Assembly: GCA_963725115.1 (NCBI GenBank)
Contig: CAVRXG010000003.1
Coordinates: 677,734 to 741,733 of the forward strand
Reading direction: 5' to 3'
Source: an uncultured Acidobacteriaceae bacterium
Lineage (GTDB): Bacteria > Acidobacteriota > Terriglobia > Terriglobales > Acidobacteriaceae
Length of the DNA: 64,000 nt
Below, one piece after another: positions 57,968-64,000 of the stretch (position 1 is the first letter of the stretch; every line of letters starts with the position of its first letter). The translations under genes and the position numbers were made by a program. The notes under the pieces are model-generated. The model was not told the DNA's origin. It ran no database searches and was given only the letters and a program-made list of their open reading frames with translations.

Positions 57968-58411
57968 TCAATGCGCCAGCAAATACACCCCAACGCAAAC
58001 CAGCGCCGCTGCCGCCCAGCGCCTGCGGTCGACATTTTCCTTTAGAAAAATCTTGCCGGCGATCGTGTTGGCGACCAGTGTCAGCGATGCCGTGGCCGGC
58101 GCTACGAGACTCAGGTTGAGATAATTAAGCGCAAGCAGGAGTGAGAAAAATGCTACCGCGAGAAAGAAAACTCCGGCAAAAAAGCGCGGGCTGGTGATAA
58201 CGGCGCGAATGGCGCCCGGCAGACCGGATCGTGCGCGAATCTCGTCCAGGTCACCGATCGATTTCATCGCCGACGCTGTGAGCACTTCGCCCGTGGCGGA
58301 CGTGAGCACGACGGCCGCGATCATGGCCCCAGCCATCCAGGCATTCAGTGTTGCGGCATTCGGCGCGCCCTCGAAAAGCGCTGCAAAGGGGAGCGCTGCA
58401 AAGAGCATCAT
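57968..58411 (-). CDS. EamA/DMT half-transporter (ArnE/F-like size)
   Basis: About 4 TMs, LSLVAPATA, FLKENV..RRW. Confidence 0.8.
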   Translation of the reverse strand: MMLFAALPFAALFEGAPNAATLNAWMAGAMIAAVVLTSATGEVLTASAMKSIGDLDEIRARSGLPGAIRAVITSPRFFAGVFFLAVAFFSLLLALNYLNLSLVAPATASLTLVANTIAGKIFLKENVDRRRWAAAALVCVGVYLLAH

Positions 58412-58866
58412 CGCGGCTGCGCCTCCGTTGCGACGGGTTCTCCCAATCGCGATTTCTCAGCGGTGGGATCTGGACGCTCGGTAAGCGCAGGCCCCTGCGC
58501 GACGAAGGCAACGCCAAGAGTGATGAGCACGACGCCAATCCAGCGTTCGAGCGAAATTGTTTCGTGCAGCCAAAACTTCGAAAGGAGTTCCACAAACACG
58601 TTGCCTATTGCCGTGGCCGGCAACACAAACGTCAGGTCAGCCCACGAGAGCGCAGTCAAATAGCTGGCAAAGAACCCGATCAGCAGGGCGATGCCTGCCG
58701 CGATCCAGGGCGTGAAGACTGCGGCGACAAGCGCCCCCGGGTGGGCCAGCGAAATCGACGGCATCGCCGTCATGCCACGCGCAAGGCAACTGTCTCCGAG
58801 CGGGGCGCAGACAGCGACCAGGCCCAGGATCAGGTATTGGCGCGGCAAGAGTCTGTGTTGAGCCAT
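58408..58866 (-). CDS. EamA/DMT half-transporter (ArnE/F-like size)
   Basis: About 4 TMs, LSWADLTFVLPATA, WLHETISLERWIG; ATGA overlap with its partner. Confidence 0.8.
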   Translation of the reverse strand: MAQHRLLPRQYLILGLVAVCAPLGDSCLARGMTAMPSISLAHPGALVAAVFTPWIAAGIALLIGFFASYLTALSWADLTFVLPATAIGNVFVELLSKFWLHETISLERWIGVVLITLGVAFVAQGPALTERPDPTAEKSRLGEPVATEAQPR

Positions 58867-58962
58867 CGGTCCAGTATCGTGCAGTTCAAAATGTAGAAGG
58901 CCTAAAGAAACTGAGGGCGGACGCAATCGCGCCGCCCTCGAGGTTGAGCCCGAAAAAACTGC

Positions 58963-60450
58963 TTATGCGCCGGCGCCGGCTGGGGCAGTCGGTGTGGCCT
59001 GCTGACTGCGCGCCACCTTGACCATCTTGTTGCGCTGCGCGCGCAGCTTCAGGAACGCCTTGGCCTCGACGTACAGGCGAGGCAGATCGCGGTTCACCAT
59101 CGCCTTCCACACCACCCGGAACGCGGCCTTTGGACGGAAGTAGTACTCGTCGTAGAAGCGATGCACCATCTCCATGATGTAGTCGGTGGGCAGGCCCGGG
59201 TACTCGATGTGCGCCATCTGGTGGCCGCCGCCGTCTTCCATCTTTTCGTTGGTGATGAAACCGTTGGCCTTGGCGTAGTCGTAGAATTCAGTGCCCGGAT
59301 AGGCGTGTGCGATCGAGACCTGGATCGTCTCAACATCAAGCGACTTGGCAAAGTTGATCGTGTTGCGGATCGACTCTTTCGTCTCGCCGGGAAGGCCGAG
59401 AATAAAGTCGCCGTGAATGGTCAGGCCGAGGTCGCGGCAATCCTTGGCGAATGCGCGCGCACGCTCAACGGTTGCGCCCTTCTTGATGTTCTTCAGGATT
59501 TGCGGATCGCCGGATTCGAAGCCGACGATGAGCAGACGGCATCCAGCTTCGCGCATGGCCTTCAAGGTGTCGTAGTCCGTGGTGACGCGCGAGGTGCAGC
59601 TCCAAGTAATGCCGAGCGGCTTCAGCTTTTCGCAAAGCTCGATTGTGCGCACCTTCTGAATGTTGAAGGTATCGTCGTCGAAGAAGAATTCCTTGACCTC
59701 AGGGAAGTTTTCCTTCGCCCACTTCATCTCCGCGGCAACATCTTCAGCGGAGCGCTTGCGCCACGCGTGCCCGCTCAGGGTCTGCGGCCACAGGCAGAAC
59801 GTGCACTGCGCCGGGCAGCCGCGCGTGGAGTAAAGCGCGATGTACGGGTGCAGAAGAAACGGCACGTTGTAGCGCGTCACATCCATGTCGCGCTTGTAGA
59901 TTTTTGTGGCCCACGGCATCGCATCCAGATCCTCAATCTGCGGGCGATCCGGGTTGTGGATGATCTGTCCGTCTTTCTTGTAGCTGATGCCCAGAATCTC
60001 GTTCAGCGGCTTGCCTTGCGCGAACTCCACGACTGAATAGTCAAACTCGCGGCGGCAGATAAAGTCGAGCGCGGCGCACTCATTCAGGGCGCGATCTGGG
60101 TCTGTGGTCACGGGTGGGCCAACGAAAGCGATGCGCAGGGATGGATTGGCCGCTTTAATGGCTTCTGCCAGGCGCTGGTCGCCCTCCCAACCGACTGTGG
60201 AGGTGAAGAGCACCAGGAACTCGTAACCCTTGCAAATCTCGATGGTTTCCGCGGCAGAGACGTGATGGGGCGGCGCGTCAAGCAGCCGCGAACCCTCAAG
60301 CAGGCCGGCGGGATAGGTGAGCCAGACCGGGTACCAGTAAGACTCGATCTCGCGAGTTGCAGGCCAGCGCGAACTTGCGCCGCCATCGAAGTTCTCAAAG
60401 GAAGGGGGATTGAGGAAGATCGTTTTCAGAGGCATTGGCATCTCTTTCAT
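58963..60450 (-). CDS. hpnJ: Hopanoid biosynthesis-associated radical SAM protein
   Basis: FLNPPSFENFDGGASSRWPA.REI.SYWYP.WL, RGCPAQCTFCLWPQT (CxxxCxxC), FFDDDTF. Confidence 0.95.
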   Translation of the reverse strand: MKEMPMPLKTIFLNPPSFENFDGGASSRWPATREIESYWYPVWLTYPAGLLEGSRLLDAPPHHVSAAETIEICKGYEFLVLFTSTVGWEGDQRLAEAIKAANPSLRIAFVGPPVTTDPDRALNECAALDFICRREFDYSVVEFAQGKPLNEILGISYKKDGQIIHNPDRPQIEDLDAMPWATKIYKRDMDVTRYNVPFLLHPYIALYSTRGCPAQCTFCLWPQTLSGHAWRKRSAEDVAAEMKWAKENFPEVKEFFFDDDTFNIQKVRTIELCEKLKPLGITWSCTSRVTTDYDTLKAMREAGCRLLIVGFESGDPQILKNIKKGATVERARAFAKDCRDLGLTIHGDFILGLPGETKESIRNTINFAKSLDVETIQVSIAHAYPGTEFYDYAKANGFITNEKMEDGGGHQMAHIEYPGLPTDYIMEMVHRFYDEYYFRPKAAFRVVWKAMVNRDLPRLYVEAKAFLKLRAQRNKMVKVARSQQATPTAPAGAGA

Positions 60451-60646
60451 TCTATCATTCGCTCTGTTTTCTTAGACGCTTTTGCCCGGAAACACGCGAT
60501 AGTCGATATTGACGGAAATGTTGTTGCGGCCGCAGCTTTAACTGGTTCCGAATCAGTGCGATAGTTGGAAATATGAAAGTCGCCAGTTGGCATTGAAGGG
60601 GTAGTTTCGGGGGTACCTAATCGCAATTACTTGGTGTGCAGCTCGT

Positions 60647-62009
60647 CTATTTGCCGTGAAGCTCGTTAAGCCAGTCCTGCATGTGCCCCAGAGCGCGCAG
60701 CAGGTTAAGCCGCGCCTTGCTCAGGTCGAAGCCCGAATCGAGAGCATCGAGGTACTTCTGGCGCTCATCGATGCGGGCCTGTTGCTCGGCCGTGGGTGAG
60801 AGCTGCGGAGTCGCGCCGGCTGTGCCGGTCGTCCCATTTCCCACTTCCAGTTGCGCAAGGACGCTCTTCAACTGCTCCGCGGAGATCTGCTGCTTGAGGC
60901 TCGCGACTTCAGCCTCGGCATCCAGCTCGCGCAAACTTGCGGTGAGCTGGCTAATCTGGATGTCATTTTGCTGCTGCGCCTGCTCGGCCTCAACCTTCGC
61001 GCGCAGCGCTTCGCGCGGCAGACCTTGGCCTTTGCGCGTGCGGACCCATGTCGAAGAAGGGAACTTTAATGGAGAATCCGGAGCTGAAGTTGTTAGGCGT
61101 GGAAGTGGTTGTTGTAGTAGTCGTTGATGCTGTTCAGCATCATTGTAGTTGCGGTTGTACAGGGCACCAAATCCAATTCCGGGGACGCCATAGGTGCTCC
61201 TGGTCGCCTTTTGCAACCAGCATCTTCGATTTCGCCAGGGCCTTCGCTGCATTCAATGCCGGCGTCGAGGATCGGCGCATCTTCCGCCGAGACGGCGGGA
61301 ATCTCGGGAATGCTGGCGTGATCGGGCACGATGGAGCCGATCGGGCAAGCCGGTGAGCGTGGCAAGCTGCTTGGCGAGTGTTGCGGAGCGAGTTTCGAGA
61401 TGCAGGCGACTCAGCTTGAGTTGCGCCGCCGTCAACTTCGCTTGTAGCAGCGCGCTCTGCGGATCGACGCCGGCATCGGTGCGCTGCTGCTCGATGGTCG
61501 ACAAGGCGCGTCGCATCCTGTTCCTGTTCCCGAACAGCTTCGAGCTCGCTGTTCACCGTGTCCATCTCGATGTAGGCCGTCGAGGCGTCGAGAGCAACCT
61601 GCTCCTTGGCATCCTTCAGCGCGAGTTGGCGGACTGAACGCCTGCGCGCGCCGCCTGGATGTATTTGATCTGCGGAAGAGCTGAAAACCAGGGATTGCAT
61701 GCTGCCGTCCCAAACCGTCGGCAATGAGCCGGTGAAGCCGATTTCAGGAAACGCTGGAAGCCCCGAGCCGAACGAAATTGACGGGATGAACGCGTCTTTA
61801 GCTTTGCGATAGCAGGGAAGCAGCCTTTTGCACGTCGGCCTGCGCCAGATGCACGGTTGCGCTGTTCTTCTGCGCCAGTTCCACCACTGTGGTGAGCGAG
61901 ACCTGCGCGTGCAGAATGAGCAGACGCGAAGCCAAGCGCCAGCGCGGCGAACACCGGCGCCGTGAGCCTGCGCGAATTCTGTCGAAACTTCACTTGCGCT
62001 GATTCGCAT
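60647..62009 (-). CDS. TolC-family outer membrane efflux protein (several apparent frameshifts)
   Basis: Signal peptide, two helical repeats with P.I..G and L..A..Y motifs, C-terminal KARLNLLRALG. Confidence 0.8.
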
Positions 62010-62016
62010 GAAGGTT

Positions 62017-63002
62017 TCAAGCCTGGGCCGGGTTAAACTCTCGCGCCATCTGCGCGGCAATCGCTAGTTCGCTCTTTGCGCCCGCCGCATCGCCGAGTTG
62101 CTGTTTGAGGCGCGAAAGCCGAATGTGGGCGATGAATGCCGGCGCTTGCTCGCTCAGCGACGAGCTCGACAGGTAATTCTCGAGCATTTGCGCGGCAAGC
62201 GACGGATTCCGCTTTGCCGAAATCAGCACGCCTGCGCCGTCATAGAGGCCGACGCCCGATTTTTTGTCCTTTGCCGCCGCCGCCACGCAATTCTGAATGG
62301 CCGCGTCAAGATTCGGACCATTGCTGGCGGGATCGATAAAAATTGGCGAGAACCGTCCAATAGTCGGCGGGCTCCTTGGCCACGGTCGCTGCCTGGCGAT
62401 ACGCACTCTCTGCCGTGGCATAGTCTTTTTGCTGTATGGCGATGTCACCGCGCAACTGCGCAGCTCTGGCCGGGTCAACCTTGTCGAGTTGGGAAGCAAC
62501 GGCCTGCGCCTTGTCGGTTCCGCCTCCCGCCATTCCGGGCGCCTGCGCGTAATAATCGCCGAGGTCTGACAAAGCCGGACCATTTTGCGGATTCAGCTTG
62601 GCCGCCGTTTGCATTTCAGAGAGCGAGTGCTTCGCGATTCCGAGTGCTGAGAGGAAGCTTGCGTGGCTGGCCTGCTGACCGAGAACGCGCCCCAGCCACA
62701 TGTGGTAATCCGAATTCTGCTCGTCAAGAGTTCACTGCCTGCTGGCACTCCGTCGCAGCCTGTGACCATTGCTCCAGCGTAATTCGGACCCGGCACAAAA
62801 GGTTCTGCGCCTCGGCGGCGCCGGCTCCGGTGGAAGGGAGCGTCGTGAGCAGCGCGATCGCCTTGTCCGCCTCGCCGGCCTGCAGATCTGAATTTGCCTG
62901 CGCAAGCGTAGCCGTAGAAATTTGCGCGCTGCTCACGGTCGACCCAGCCCACACTAGGAATGTCAGCGCGAGAGCAACGACCATCGCTGGTGAGCGCATC
63001 AC
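62017..63002 (-). CDS. Exported tetratricopeptide-repeat protein (apparent frameshifts)
   Basis: Signal peptide, YHMWLGR..G, AAKLNP.N..A..DLG.YY..APG..GGG.DKA. Confidence 0.8.
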
Positions 63003-64000
63003 TGTTGTTCCTTGATCGGCACGCCCTCCTGCAAGGGCTTGCCCGTTGGTTGTGCCGATGGCGACAACATCGCCTTCTTCAAGCCCGGAGAGAATGGGAA
63101 CCTGCGTGAGGTTGGGAGCTCCGATGGTGACCGGAACGCGTTTCAGTTCGTCGTTCACGACCTTGAAGACAAAGTATTTTCCGTTCTGTTCGTGAAGAGC
63201 TTCGCGCGGCATGCTCAGAGTGTCGGGCATGCTGGAAGTTGTAACGGTGAGCGTGACATTGGTGTCCGGCAGCAGGCCGTCCGCGGAGCCATCGAAATCG
63301 ATCAGCACCTCACCCACGTTGCGCGTGGTGTAGGTGACGACAGCCGAGGGAAGCCGCACAACGTGCCCGTGCCACTCCATGCCCGGTTTGGCATCCCAGC
63401 GAATCACGACCGCTTCACCCGTTGCCAAACGCCCAAGGTCGGGCTCGTCGAAGTAGCCGCGGACGCGCTCGTGGCTCAGGTCCGCAATCTGAAGAAGCAA
63501 GTTGCCAGCCGCGGAGAACTCCGACGGCGTAGCGTCCATGCTGTAGATGGTTCCGGCGATTGGAGCGCGAATCTCGGTCTGCGCTTCGACGTGCTGCGCG
63601 GCGGCCAGACCCGCTTCTGCATCGGCCAGTGCTGCCTGGGCGCGCGCCACATCGCCGGGCGAATAACGATGCTGCGCGCTCTGCTCGCGCTGCGTTCAGG
63701 CTGGCCTGTGCCGAATCCAGCCGCGCGCGCGCCGCAGCCACTTCGCCGGGAGATGCTGCGCCGGTCGCAGCCAGCTTGTTCAGCGCGTCCAGATCGTGCT
63801 GGGCCTGATCGCGCGTGAGGCGATCCTGCTCGATCTCGGCCGGCGGAGGCCTGCCGTTCCGCCTGGGTGCCGTTGTGCGTGACTGCGTCAAGGCTGCCTG
63901 CGCGATCTCACAGCGCTTTCAGCGCTTGCCACCTGTGCCCGGGCCGCCACGTCGTCGAGCGTGACCAGCAACTTGCCGGCGGGGACCTTGTCGCCTTCCT
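62999..64000 (-). CDS. Efflux RND/MacA-type periplasmic adaptor subunit, N-terminus beyond window
   Basis: IRAPIAGTIY, LLQIADL, FDEPDLG, LLPDTNV, MPREAL, ILSGLEEGD.V. Confidence 0.88.

Noticed and set aside
62724-63650. Apparent adaptor-TPR fusion ORF
   Set aside because: An internal signal peptide and a GTGATG overlap at about 63000 indicate two genes joined by an indel near 63035.
60647-64000. TolC/TPR/adaptor genes as a hopanoid exporter
   Set aside because: Only adjacency to hpnJ, across a ~200-bp gap with room for a separate promoter; the inner-membrane component is outside the window.

Overview
GC-rich bacterial chromosomal window whose gene content and intergenic repeats look like Acidobacteriota (Terriglobales/Acidobacteriaceae); this is inference from protein families, not a database result. 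Many long genes, including core ones (hemA, hemC, hemD, fba, mutS), are split by single-base indels. I read these as long-read consensus errors and give joined gene coordinates. Left to right: partial ABC permease; zinc-ribbon protein; ECF sigma/zinc anti-sigma; a bufferin-like MNIO (DUF692) RiPP cluster (6-Cys secreted precursor, DUF692, DUF2063, DoxX) followed by a GT4; TonB-dependent receptor operon behind an ECF-type promoter; DinB; rph; an atypical three-gene signalling module (sensor-less kinase, Asp-less sigma54 activator, degenerate REC/DHp protein); class I fumarase; accessory genes; MsbA-like ABC; CimA-like synthase; fba; mutS-nagZ-anmK; ccsA-like-hemACD; nth; hemQ; DedA; ino1; purU; TetR-HlyD-ABC efflux; bshA; hopanoid genes (hpnK, hpnE, hpnJ, EamA pair); tRNA-Val(TAC); TolC/TPR/adaptor. 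The two most interesting signals are (1) the MNIO RiPP cluster and (2) REP/MITE-like palindromes that occur both intergenically and translated inside housekeeping proteins (MutS, AnmK, ABC transporter), reminiscent of Rickettsia palindromic elements. The window also shows recurrent 15-nt tandem duplications and heptamer arrays. No CRISPR array, rRNA, integrase or transposase was seen.
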